A DNA stretch of 64,000 nucleotides from Phycisphaerales bacterium (GTDB lineage: Bacteria > Planctomycetota > Phycisphaerae > Phycisphaerales > UBA1924): the NCBI GenBank assembly GCA_016793015.1, contig JAEUJD010000116.1:6691-70690 (forward strand), written 5' to 3'. Shown here piece after piece: positions 47,894-57,641 of the stretch (positions are counted from its first letter, which is position 1; every line of letters starts with the position of its first letter). The position numbers and the translations under genes were made by a program. The notes below the pieces were generated by a model, which ran no database searches, was not told where the DNA came from, and was given only the letters and a program-made list of their open reading frames with translations.

Positions 47894-47927
47894 CCGCGGG
47901 GCTCCGAGCCCCGCGGTTTTTTGTTTG
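47894..47927 (+). terminator. Strong rho-independent terminator after rplJ
   Basis: CCGCGGGGC-tccga-GCCCCGCGG followed by TTTTTTGTTTG. Confidence 0.8.
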
Positions 47928-47983
47928 TCCGGAATGACATTGGGAATGCATCAGGCGTGCCTTTCTGCCGTTAGGCTGCACGC

Positions 47984-49843
47984 ATGGAGCATCCGGGGCT
48001 CGCCAAGACACCAGTGGGTAGAGTGACGTTGATCGCGCTGGCGACGACGTTGGTCCTGATCGCCGTGACGATTGCGTTGCGGTCGGCGATGCTCTTTTCC
48101 AAGTTGCTGCCTCCGGGCATCGATGCGGCGTACTACCCGATGCAGGCGCGGGGCGTGCTCGAGAACGGCAAACTGCCGTATGTCGAGGTGCCGCTGATTT
48201 TCTGGATCGATGCGGTGGTGGCGAAAGCGCTGGTTGTGATGCGGGGCATGGACGTTGATGGTGCGACGCTGCTCGCTTCCCGCCTGGTGGATGCGGTTTC
48301 GCAGCCGCTTGCCGCGATTCCGCTTGCGCTGCTGATGCTCGGCTTCGGCGGTGCGATGCATACGAGCCGGGCGGCACGCGCCGCCAACGGGGAAGAGAAT
48401 GCGGAAGAGAATGGGAAAGGAAATCACTCCCCCTGGCGTGCTCCGGTCGTCATCAGCGTCTTCGTCGTTGTTGCGATCGCGATTCTCAGTCCGCCAATTC
48501 TCCGCATGACCGGCGATTTTCAGAAGAACTCGCTCGGGCTGGTGTGGATGGCCGCGAGCGCGTGGGCCGCATATTTCGCGCTGCGATTGGGCGGTTTGAT
48601 CCGCTGGATTCTGCCCGCGTTCTTCCTTGCGCTCGCGGCGATGACGCACATCGGTGCATTCGGCGTGACCGTGGTGCTCGTCGGAAGCACCATCGCTATT
48701 TTCGTTCTGTGCAAGTGGCGGCTGCGACCAAAGACGATCGCGATGACCGGCGTCGCGTGTGTGGTCGGTGCGGGCGTGCTTTGGCTGCTGGTCTACACCG
48801 TCGCACCATCCAAGGCGATCGGTCTTGCGCAGGGCGTGACGAAGATGTTCACCGTCGGAGATCGCCCGCAGGGAAGACCGGCGATGGTGGGCGGCCCCGC
48901 AAGGCAGAATGCATCAGGCGATGGCCCCGAGTTCGATCGTCCATCACGTGAGAATGGTCCGCCCGATCGCCAGGGCGGTCGTCCGCAGGGGCCGCCGGGG
49001 GGCTTCCCGCAGTCCGCGCTCGCCCTGCGCTCGGTTGCGTGGGCGGTGCTTCTTGTCTTCGGCGGCATCGCGATCTGGCGTGCGAAGCGCATCGGCGCGC
49101 CGGAACTGGCGATGGTGTCGGGCGCGGTGTGCACGGCGGCGCTGATCACTTGTCCATTGATTCAGGGTCAATACGCCGAGCGGCTCTCGCTCATGACACC
49201 GATTCCGCTGGCGATCATCGTTGGTTTTCTTCTGTTGAGTTGGGCCGAGTCGGGGCGGAGGTGGCTCCGAATCGGCGCGCCCGCGATCGGCGCACTCGCT
49301 GGTCTTGCGATTCTGGTGGCCGCGTTCCCGATGGCGATGCGGGGAAAGGGAGGGCCGCCTCCCGCGTTTGCAAATGCTGGATCGGATGCCCGTCGCCAAG
49401 GCCAAGGTCCAGGACCGGGCGGACCGGGCGGCGGCGGGGGATCGGTTGTTGCCGATGAAGCGGTTCCCGAGTTCCGTTCGATGCGCGGGATCGTGCCGAC
49501 CGATGGCTCGGCGGTCGTCATCGCGCGCCACGGTCTTCAGTGGTGGGCGGGCTACTTCCTCAAGACTCCGGTGCGCGAAGAGCACGCGACGCAGGAGCAA
49601 CTGGAAAAGTACGACCGCGTGTTTGTGCTGACCGAAAAGCGAGGCGGGGGCGGGGGTGGGGGCGGGCCGGGGCGGGCACCGAATGGAAACGGCGGACCGG
49701 AGGATGGACCGGGCCCGGATCGGGGCGGGACGGGGCGACCTGCTGGTGGCGGCTCGGCGATCCGCGTGCCGCCGAATGCGGAGGTCGTGCACGACGGCGA
49801 GTTCTACAAGCTGGTTTTGCTGCCCGCGTCGCCGGCGCGGTAA
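47984..49843 (+). CDS. Polytopic membrane protein, possibly GT-C (ArnT/PMT-like) glycosyltransferase, with Gly/Pro-rich inserts
   Basis: N-terminal ...LLPPGIDAAYYPMQARGVLENGKLPY resembles the GT39/GT83 first-loop motif. More than 10 TM helices. Three Gly/Pro-rich low-complexity stretches. Confidence 0.4.
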   Translation: MEHPGLAKTPVGRVTLIALATTLVLIAVTIALRSAMLFSKLLPPGIDAAYYPMQARGVLENGKLPYVEVPLIFWIDAVVAKALVVMRGMDVDGATLLASRLVDAVSQPLAAIPLALLMLGFGGAMHTSRAARAANGEENAEENGKGNHSPWRAPVVISVFVVVAIAILSPPILRMTGDFQKNSLGLVWMAASAWAAYFALRLGGLIRWILPAFFLALAAMTHIGAFGVTVVLVGSTIAIFVLCKWRLRPKTIAMTGVACVVGAGVLWLLVYTVAPSKAIGLAQGVTKMFTVGDRPQGRPAMVGGPARQNASGDGPEFDRPSRENGPPDRQGGRPQGPPGGFPQSALALRSVAWAVLLVFGGIAIWRAKRIGAPELAMVSGAVCTAALITCPLIQGQYAERLSLMTPIPLAIIVGFLLLSWAESGRRWLRIGAPAIGALAGLAILVAAFPMAMRGKGGPPPAFANAGSDARRQGQGPGPGGPGGGGGSVVADEAVPEFRSMRGIVPTDGSAVVIARHGLQWWAGYFLKTPVREEHATQEQLEKYDRVFVLTEKRGGGGGGGGPGRAPNGNGGPEDGPGPDRGGTGRPAGGGSAIRVPPNAEVVHDGEFYKLVLLPASPAR

Positions 49844-49891
49844 CCCACCCAGTTTCCCTACCATCGCCTCCTACCAACGCGGAGGCTCTAA

Positions 49892-51364
<1,473 letters not shown>

Positions 51365-51366
51365 CA

Positions 51367-52227
51367 ATGTTACCCGACCGGTTTGATGTCACGTTAGATC
51401 CGATGGGAATTCGCGGACAAGCCGAATCGCGACTTCGTGCATTGCAGGATGTTGCACTCGCCGCACTCACAGCGATCAAGGAATCGCCGAATGCTGCAGA
51501 CACGACTCTCAATGCAGCAGACGGAGTATTCCTGTATTTGGGCGAACCTCGCCGTATGGACGAAGGCCTGCGGTTAGAGACGACAACGTGGATTTGTCGA
51601 AGCGCTCTCGAGGACGCATTTGAAATTTTAATGGACTGTTGCGATGAGTCGCATCGCATATGTTTCTTGGCGCAAATGGGACCTGGACCGATAGCGCTTC
51701 AAAATTCTCTCGATCCAACGAAGGGCCTCAAGGGGTTTGTAGAAGCCGTTAGCACTGAGCGAAGCATAATCAAAGTCGACCGTGGCAAGGTAGAAGACAG
51801 ACTAAAGGGCCTGAAAGACAAGTATGGCGTGACTTTCCCTTGGGAGCAAGAGATCGATTCACTTCGCCGAGCGAGAAACTGCTTGGCGCATCGACTTGGA
51901 ATTGTTCATGGAGAGGACTGCCAAGACGGCAAGACTTTGACGATCCATTTGCGGAAGCTTGCGTTCACAATTACAACTGTGGACGGCAAAGTAGTTCCAC
52001 TCAAGACAGGCCCTCTTGGATCGCCGGTTCCGGGAGCGGCGTGCCTTTCCATGCAGATCGTGCCGACGAATTATGTTTTCTCTGTCGGCGACTCAATAGC
52101 GGTTGCGGCACCCATGCTTTCAGAATTGCTCACCACGGTGCTTTGGACGGCGATTGAGCTGACAACGTCCGTGGCGACTTACGTGCAAGCGAAGCTTGCT
52201 CCGCCACAAGACAAGACCACCGCCTGA
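51367..52227 (+). CDS. Hypothetical protein with HEPN-like Rx4H motif
   Basis: SLRRARNCLAHRLGIV (RNxxAH) in a helical context. Visibly lower G+C than its neighbours. The ATG lies 2 nt after the asnS stop. Confidence 0.45.
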   Translation: MLPDRFDVTLDPMGIRGQAESRLRALQDVALAALTAIKESPNAADTTLNAADGVFLYLGEPRRMDEGLRLETTTWICRSALEDAFEILMDCCDESHRICFLAQMGPGPIALQNSLDPTKGLKGFVEAVSTERSIIKVDRGKVEDRLKGLKDKYGVTFPWEQEIDSLRRARNCLAHRLGIVHGEDCQDGKTLTIHLRKLAFTITTVDGKVVPLKTGPLGSPVPGAACLSMQIVPTNYVFSVGDSIAVAAPMLSELLTTVLWTAIELTTSVATYVQAKLAPPQDKTTA

Positions 52228-52342
52228 ATTCGACTAGATCGGGGGCGTAGGCAATCATCAATGAGCCGAATGGACTGCGAGTTCGGACCCTGCCTGAAAG
52301 AGTGCTTCAGGACAATGTCGCAGCGGCAGCGTTAATACGAAG

Positions 52343-52368
52343 AAAAAGCAGCCCCGACGAATCGGGGC
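52343..52368 (-). terminator. Rho-independent terminator (minus strand) after 52413-53261
   Basis: GCCCCGA-cgaa-TCGGGGC. On the minus strand it is followed by TGCTTTTTCTT. Confidence 0.6.
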
Positions 52369-52412
52369 GTTCGTTCACTTATCGGCATGTTCAAACACCG
52401 CGAAGCGACGAT

Positions 52413-53261
52413 TCACGGGCACAACAGCATGTCGTACGCGCCCGCAAACTCGACGAAGTCGGCATCATCCACGTAGCCGTCGAAGTTGATGTCACCGTCG
52501 CAAGCCAGCCCGAGCGTCATCGTCTCTTCGGTGATCACAAACGAACTCATCGCGCTCGTCGTGATTTCGTACGCGGAGATCGAGGCGACCTGCGGCGTCG
52601 CGGTGACAGCTGTGACTACGACGTGATCGAAGTTGAGCAGATTGCCACCGACGGTCATGCCCGTCTCCCAGCCCGGGCCACCGATGTTGAATCCGTGGCG
52701 CGGGGGCGGTCCCGGGTAGTAGCGCCACGACAAATCGAGACGAACAGCCGTGAGTCCGCCGGGGAAGACAAGAAGAGTGGGGCCGCCGGGAACGTTGGGA
52801 TCGAGGTTCTCTTCGGTGAACACGAGTGCGCCCTGGTAGTAATACTCGGCCGTCAGGCTGTCCGGATTGCTCTCGTGATAGTCGAACGACACCTGAATGA
52901 GGCCGCCGGGCTGATAGTTCGCCTGCATGGTGTTTGCTGTGCGCTTGACGTTTTCCTTCAGGTTCCAGCTCGCTTTGACCTTGAGTTCGCCGACGGAGCC
53001 CCCGCCACCGCCGCCGGAACCATCGAGCATCACGTGCATTTCGCGCGTGTCGGGATGAGGCAGCATCACAACGCCGTCGTTGCCGCTCGAGCCGATGTTC
53101 GCGACCTCAAGCCCGGCCGGCGACAGCGAGAGCTTCGCTGCCCCGAGCGGATAGTGGGGGCGATCATCAAGATTGATCGGTTGTGCGATCGCTTGCCCGG
53201 CGACCGCCGAGAGCGCGAGCAACCCGAGCCGCATGGACGTGGCGTGGTTTTGATTGGACAT
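52413..53261 (-). CDS. Secreted hypothetical protein with Cys-flanked dockerin-like C-terminal tail
   Basis: Signal ...ALSAVAGQAIA. C-terminus LACDGDINFDGYVDDADFVEFAGAYDMLLCP matches the tail of the astacin at 44516. Confidence 0.6.
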   Translation of the reverse strand: MSNQNHATSMRLGLLALSAVAGQAIAQPINLDDRPHYPLGAAKLSLSPAGLEVANIGSSGNDGVVMLPHPDTREMHVMLDGSGGGGGGSVGELKVKASWNLKENVKRTANTMQANYQPGGLIQVSFDYHESNPDSLTAEYYYQGALVFTEENLDPNVPGGPTLLVFPGGLTAVRLDLSWRYYPGPPPRHGFNIGGPGWETGMTVGGNLLNFDHVVVTAVTATPQVASISAYEITTSAMSSFVITEETMTLGLACDGDINFDGYVDDADFVEFAGAYDMLLCP

Positions 53262-53413
53262 CGAAAGCTCCTTGAAATCGATGAGCCATTCGGTCGGCCG
53301 CCCCTGAAGGAGCGATTTCCCCCGCCCGTGATTGCTCGTCTATCCGTCTTGTCCGAGAACCACGCAACCTTGCAGGAGTTCCTCCGCTTTCGGTGGAGTG
53401 GAATGGTGAGGGC

Positions 53414-53447
53414 AAAAAAGCAAGCCGCGGAACACGAGTTCCGCGGC
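53414..53447 (-). terminator. Rho-independent terminator (minus strand)
   Basis: Perfect 10-bp stem GCCGCGGAAC-acga-GTTCCGCGGC. On the minus strand it is followed by TTGCTTTTTTG. Confidence 0.6.
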
Positions 53448-53650
53448 CGCTCTGAAGAACGGACAGCGTTTGAAGCGACAGGGCCACTGCCGGGCTGATC
53501 GATCGCCCGGTTGAACACCCCGCGCAGGGATATCCCCGCACGCTCGCTTGCTGGAGTGACTTGCCGGAGCCTGGCAGGACCTTGCAGATGAAAACTCCGG
53601 ATCTCGAAATTTTCTCAATCGGCCGGATCGCGGGCTTGTGCGCCTCGACG

Positions 53651-53677
53651 AAAAACGCCGCCCCTTGCAGGGCGGCG
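53651..53677 (-). terminator. Rho-independent terminator (minus strand)
   Basis: 8-bp stem CGCCGCCC-cttgca-GGGCGGCG. On the minus strand it is followed by TTTTTCG. Confidence 0.5.
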
Positions 53678-53859
53678 ATCCAGAACTCGGCACTGCCGTT
53701 CTTCAGAAGCGGCCGCACCGTCACGGACACGATTTCGCGCGGACGGATCGCGCGGCGGAGAGCCCGCGGAACGTTCGCTCGGCAAGGTTAACTGAAAATG
53801 AAGACGCGGGCAATGGAAAGTCGTCGGAGGATCGTGGGGGATGCGATGTGAAGTTCTGG

Positions 53860-53891
53860 AAAAAAGAAGGGCCGCCCGGAATGGGCGGCCC
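53860..53891 (-). terminator. Rho-independent terminator after the Kazal-like gene
   Basis: GGGCCGCCC-ggaat-GGGCGGCCC. On the minus strand it is followed by TTCTTTTTTCC. Confidence 0.65.
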
Positions 53892-53914
53892 TGGAAATCG
53901 CGGACTTCGAGAGT

Positions 53915-54151
53915 TCAGACCGCGCCGTAGGGGACGCAGTTCTTCTGGCAGGCCTTGGCGGCGTAGCAATCATTGCTGTAGACGACGCCGTTCGGACAAA
54001 GCACGGGTTTATACACGTCGAGGCAGTATGTGCCCTTGCCGCAACCGCCGCCGATGGGGCCGACCGCGACCGTCACCGACGCGACACCGGCAACAGCGCA
54101 GACCGCCGCGGCCACTGCAAGCATGGACAACTTCTTCACGTTCGCTTTCAT
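53915..54151 (-). CDS. Small secreted Kazal-like 6-Cys protein (copy 1)
   Basis: MKANVKKLSMLAVAAAVCAVAG signal. Mature part CGKGTYCLDVYKPVLCPNGVVYSNDCYAAKACQKNC. GAGGAG lies upstream of the ATG. Confidence 0.55.
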   Translation of the reverse strand: MKANVKKLSMLAVAAAVCAVAGVASVTVAVGPIGGGCGKGTYCLDVYKPVLCPNGVVYSNDCYAAKACQKNCVPYGAV

Positions 54152-54388
54152 GGGAGACTCCTCGTTCGTGCGGCCCCGCATCCCACGCGGAGCGGTGCCG
54201 CCGGAGGGGACAGCATACCGCGCCGTGCGCCGAACGCAATGGCAGAGCGGACCGAATCGCGGAATCGGGGCGCAAGTCGTGACCTCCATTCGCGCTGCGC
54301 GGAGCAAATAGGCATTTCGAATGAACAGGAATCCACAAATCTGTGGATTTTGCGGTCGGGCCCGGCGTGCGTGGTAGCATCGGCCGTG

Positions 54389-55036
54389 ATGGAACCAGAC
54401 ACCGAATCTTCCCGGCCCGCACGCGATGTGCCGGCGACGGATCGCACTTCGCAGTTGTTCCAAGCCTTTCTTCTCGTGGCGGTTTGCGGATTGACGGTGC
54501 TCGTCATTTTGCTGCTGCGGCAGAATCGCGATCTGCGTACACAGATTGAATTCAAGAAACGCGTCGAACAGACATCCGCGGCGCCGAGCCTTGCGATCGG
54601 CGAGACGGTGGATGCGCTCGAACTGATCGGCCCGGACAAGAAGGTCACCCGGACCACCTTCGGCGAGCACGAGCCCGCCACGATCGTGTTCTTCGTTGCG
54701 GAGCACTGCGGCTACTGCGAGAAGGCGATCCCGCTGTGGACCGCGGCGCTTCGCGATTCGCACGAGACGCTGGCTTCGGCGAAGGGGCCGGGCGTTCGCG
54801 TGGTGGGCATCGTCGCCGACGCGCTCGATGATGCCTCGCTGAAGCAGATCGCAAGCGAGATCCCGACGTTTCGCGTGCAGGATGGCCACAAAACATGGCT
54901 GATTCGCGTCAACGCAACGCCCAGCGCGGTGCTGCTTTCGCCGACGGGAAAGGTCGAGAACTTCTGGATCGGCGAGACGAATTCGGCGCAGGTTGAAGAA
55001 TTGCGTACGGCGATCCTGACCGCCGCGGCACGCTGA
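54389..55036 (+). CDS. Membrane-anchored TlpA/ResA-like thiol-disulfide oxidoreductase
   Basis: TM anchor LFQAFLLVAVCGLTVLVILLL. Thioredoxin fold with ATIVFFVAEHCGYCEKAIP (CxxC). Confidence 0.75.
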   Translation: MEPDTESSRPARDVPATDRTSQLFQAFLLVAVCGLTVLVILLLRQNRDLRTQIEFKKRVEQTSAAPSLAIGETVDALELIGPDKKVTRTTFGEHEPATIVFFVAEHCGYCEKAIPLWTAALRDSHETLASAKGPGVRVVGIVADALDDASLKQIASEIPTFRVQDGHKTWLIRVNATPSAVLLSPTGKVENFWIGETNSAQVEELRTAILTAAAR

Positions 55037-55072
55037 GCGCTGCGGGATCTCTGCGGCACCTCTGCGCCACAG

Positions 55073-55103
55073 AAAAAAAGACCCGCCACGGGGCGGGTCT
55101 TTC
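55073..55103. terminator. Shared (bidirectional) terminator between convergent genes
   Basis: AAAAAAAGACCCGCC-acgg-GGCGGGTCTTT. Confidence 0.65.
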
Positions 55104-55126
55104 AAGAGCAATCGGTTGCGATCGGC

Positions 55127-55345
55127 TCAGTACGCGCCGCAGTTTTTCTGGCACGCCTTCGCGGCGTAGCACGCGTTCGGATAGGTCTGGCCGTTCGGGC
55201 ACGTCACCGGGTTGTACACATCAAGGCATCGATCCGGTCCGCACTTTGCCGAGGGCATGAATCCGCCGAGCGAGGCTGTTGCCGTTGCTCCGACGGCAAA
55301 CACGATCGCGGCGAACGCCAACTTCGAGCTGGTCTTCAGGTTCAT
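55127..55345 (-). CDS. Small secreted Kazal-like 6-Cys protein (copy 2)
   Basis: MNLKTSSKLAFAAIVFAVGATA signal. Mature part CGPDRCLDVYNPVTCPNGQTYPNACYAAKACQKNC. GGAGG lies upstream. Confidence 0.55.
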   Translation of the reverse strand: MNLKTSSKLAFAAIVFAVGATATASLGGFMPSAKCGPDRCLDVYNPVTCPNGQTYPNACYAAKACQKNCGAY

Positions 55346-55535
55346 CTTCACGGGGACCTCCTTCGTGTGCTGAACTCGGCGTCGCACCGCGCGGCGTCGC
55401 CCCTGATCAGCGTATCTGTTTCCGGGGGGATCGCAACCGAGAAGTATGCAGTCGCCCTCGAAGCGGCGTAAATACTGATTGTGCAACGCACTTGGGTTCG
55501 GTCATGCAGAACCGAATGAGGTACAGAGAGAAGGT

Positions 55536-57245
55536 TTAGATCGCGCCGTGCAGTGCGCCCTCGCGCGGGAACGCCGAGCCGATGAGGCCCGGGGCGAGCT
55601 GGGATTCGCCGCTCAGGAGGGCCGCGTTCGCGCTCGCGTCGCTTGCGCTCTGGAGCACGCCGTAGGCGACGCCGCAGACGACGTGGTTGATGTGCTTGAG
55701 CTGGCTGAGGATCTCGAGGTGGAGATCGGTGGTTTCGAGCGACTGCTGGCTGCCTTTCTGGAGGCGGTCGTAGTGCTTTTCGCGGAGCGCGATCTCGTGA
55801 TCGCGCATGCGGGTTTTGTGTTCGAGGAGTTTGCGGGCCATGTCGGCGGAATCGGAAACGAACACGGCGCTCGCCAGCTCGAGCGTGGCGGTGGTGCCGC
55901 GGAAGTAGTCCTTGAGTTCCTCCCAGCCCTCTTCGCTGAAGCGGACACCCTTCTTGGATTTCTTGATCGCGGCAGAGAGAATGTTGCGGTCGATCACGTC
56001 GCCGATGGTTTCGAGATCGGTGAGGAAGCGGAGCTGGCGATCGCGTGCCTTGTCGAGTTCCGCGGGCAGGTCGTCGCCGAGGGTTGTCGTCAGGTACTTC
56101 TTGATCTGGCGGTCAAGTCGGTCGACCTGATCGTCGCGGACGCGGATCTGCTTGAAGACCTGCTCGTCGCCGGATTTGAGCGCTTCCCAGGCTTCTTCGA
56201 GCATGTCCACGATCTCGCGGGTGACGAGGCCGATCTCGCGTTTGCTTTGCGAAAGGGCGATCGCGGGCTCGTTGGGCCAGCGGCTGGTCCGAAGTGCCGC
56301 GCTCCCGCCCGCCACGCCGGCACTGCCGGTCAGGTAGGTCGAGAACCGTGCAACCCACACCAGGAACGGAAGCGAGGCAACCACCGCAATGACGTTGAAG
56401 AGCGTGTGAACCGTTGCAATCCGCGCTGCCAGCGAGAAGGGCAGTTGTTCCATCCACTGCACGGGAATGGGAAGCAGATAGATGATGACCGCCGCCAGCA
56501 CGCCGCGGCAGATCGTCACGCCGATTCCGAGGCGCCGGGATTCGATCTGCTTCCAGCCCGCCATCAGCAGCGTGGCGCACAGACCGAGATTGGCGCCGAC
56601 GACAAAGGGCAGCGCGACGCCGTCGGACATAAGCCGATCGTCGGTGAGGCCGAGAGCGACCAGGACGGCGATCGTGGCGGTACTCGATTGTGCCGCGACG
56701 GTGAGGGCCATGCCGAGCAGCACAAGGACCATCGGGCTGGTCGCGGCCATCTCGAGCAATTGGGGAATCTGCTTGGAGGCCGCCATCTGCTTGGTGGCCT
56801 CGGAGATCACCTCGACGCCGAAGAAGAGGAAGGCGATTGCCAGGATGATCTGGCCGACGGCCCGGGGCTTTTCGCGGCTGGTACCCTGAAAGAGAATGAC
56901 GCCGACGAGCGCGAGAATCGGGGCTTGGTGGAAAATGTCGAAGGCGATGAGGTGGACCGTGAGGGTGATGCCGACGAAGGCACCGAGAAGCAGCCCCATC
57001 GCGCGGTGCAGGGCGAGTTCGCCATCACGGACGAGGGCGACTGTGAGCAGGCTGACCGAGGTGCTGCTGGGGACGACGGTGCCGATGAGGGCCCCGGCGA
57101 TGGAAGCTTTGGCGGCATTGCCGGTGACGCGACCGATCCAGATGTCGAGGCGTTCGCCCACGAGACGATCGAGCCCCTTGCGCAGGAACCTGATCGCGAA
57201 AAGCAGCAGTGCAATTCCGCCTGCGGCGTGGAGAAACACGACCAT
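55536..57245 (-). CDS. Na/Pi cotransporter family protein with PhoU-like C-terminal domain
   Basis: GGIALLLFAIRFLRKGLDRLVGERL, a duplicated TM core, and a C-terminal helical PhoU-like region (DDQVDRLDRQIKKYL). Confidence 0.8.
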   Translation of the reverse strand: MVVFLHAAGGIALLLFAIRFLRKGLDRLVGERLDIWIGRVTGNAAKASIAGALIGTVVPSSTSVSLLTVALVRDGELALHRAMGLLLGAFVGITLTVHLIAFDIFHQAPILALVGVILFQGTSREKPRAVGQIILAIAFLFFGVEVISEATKQMAASKQIPQLLEMAATSPMVLVLLGMALTVAAQSSTATIAVLVALGLTDDRLMSDGVALPFVVGANLGLCATLLMAGWKQIESRRLGIGVTICRGVLAAVIIYLLPIPVQWMEQLPFSLAARIATVHTLFNVIAVVASLPFLVWVARFSTYLTGSAGVAGGSAALRTSRWPNEPAIALSQSKREIGLVTREIVDMLEEAWEALKSGDEQVFKQIRVRDDQVDRLDRQIKKYLTTTLGDDLPAELDKARDRQLRFLTDLETIGDVIDRNILSAAIKKSKKGVRFSEEGWEELKDYFRGTTATLELASAVFVSDSADMARKLLEHKTRMRDHEIALREKHYDRLQKGSQQSLETTDLHLEILSQLKHINHVVCGVAYGVLQSASDASANAALLSGESQLAPGLIGSAFPREGALHGAI

Positions 57246-57641
57246 CAACCAAGCTCCATCCTGTGCGTGTCCACGCCGGTCTGCGCCGCCTTGCGCTGCC
57301 ACTCTGCCGCGTCACGCCCCCAAACCCTTTTCCAAGATCCTGGGCTTCTGGCCGAGGCCCTGCTGCCCACTGCGCCGTTCCGACCGAACGCGCAAATATC
57401 GACCGGTAAGCTACTTCGACACTGGGAACCGACCATCTTTATCATTTCTTAACACTTGTTCGGGTTCGGGTCAAGGGATTTTTGCGCGGGAGGTTCAAAA
57501 ACCGGATTCTGGCAGACGGGCGTTTCGCGTCCATCCGACCCGACTTGCTCCGCGCTTTCGGCTCAGTTTCATGAACGGATCGGCCTTGCGACGACTACTT
57601 TCCCTCACCAGCCCGGCCCTCACCTTTTGGGAGTGACACCG

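Noticed and set aside
53561-53791. 76-aa plus-strand ORF in the terminator-rich spacer.
   Set aside because: It has no SD and no recognisable motif, and it contains the 53651-53677 hairpin. Its third-position G+C is moderately high, so it is mentioned in a finding but not called as a gene.
55479-57452. 657-aa plus-strand ORF.
   Set aside because: It is antisense to the Na/Pi cotransporter-family gene. There are no motifs and the composition is shadow-ORF-like.
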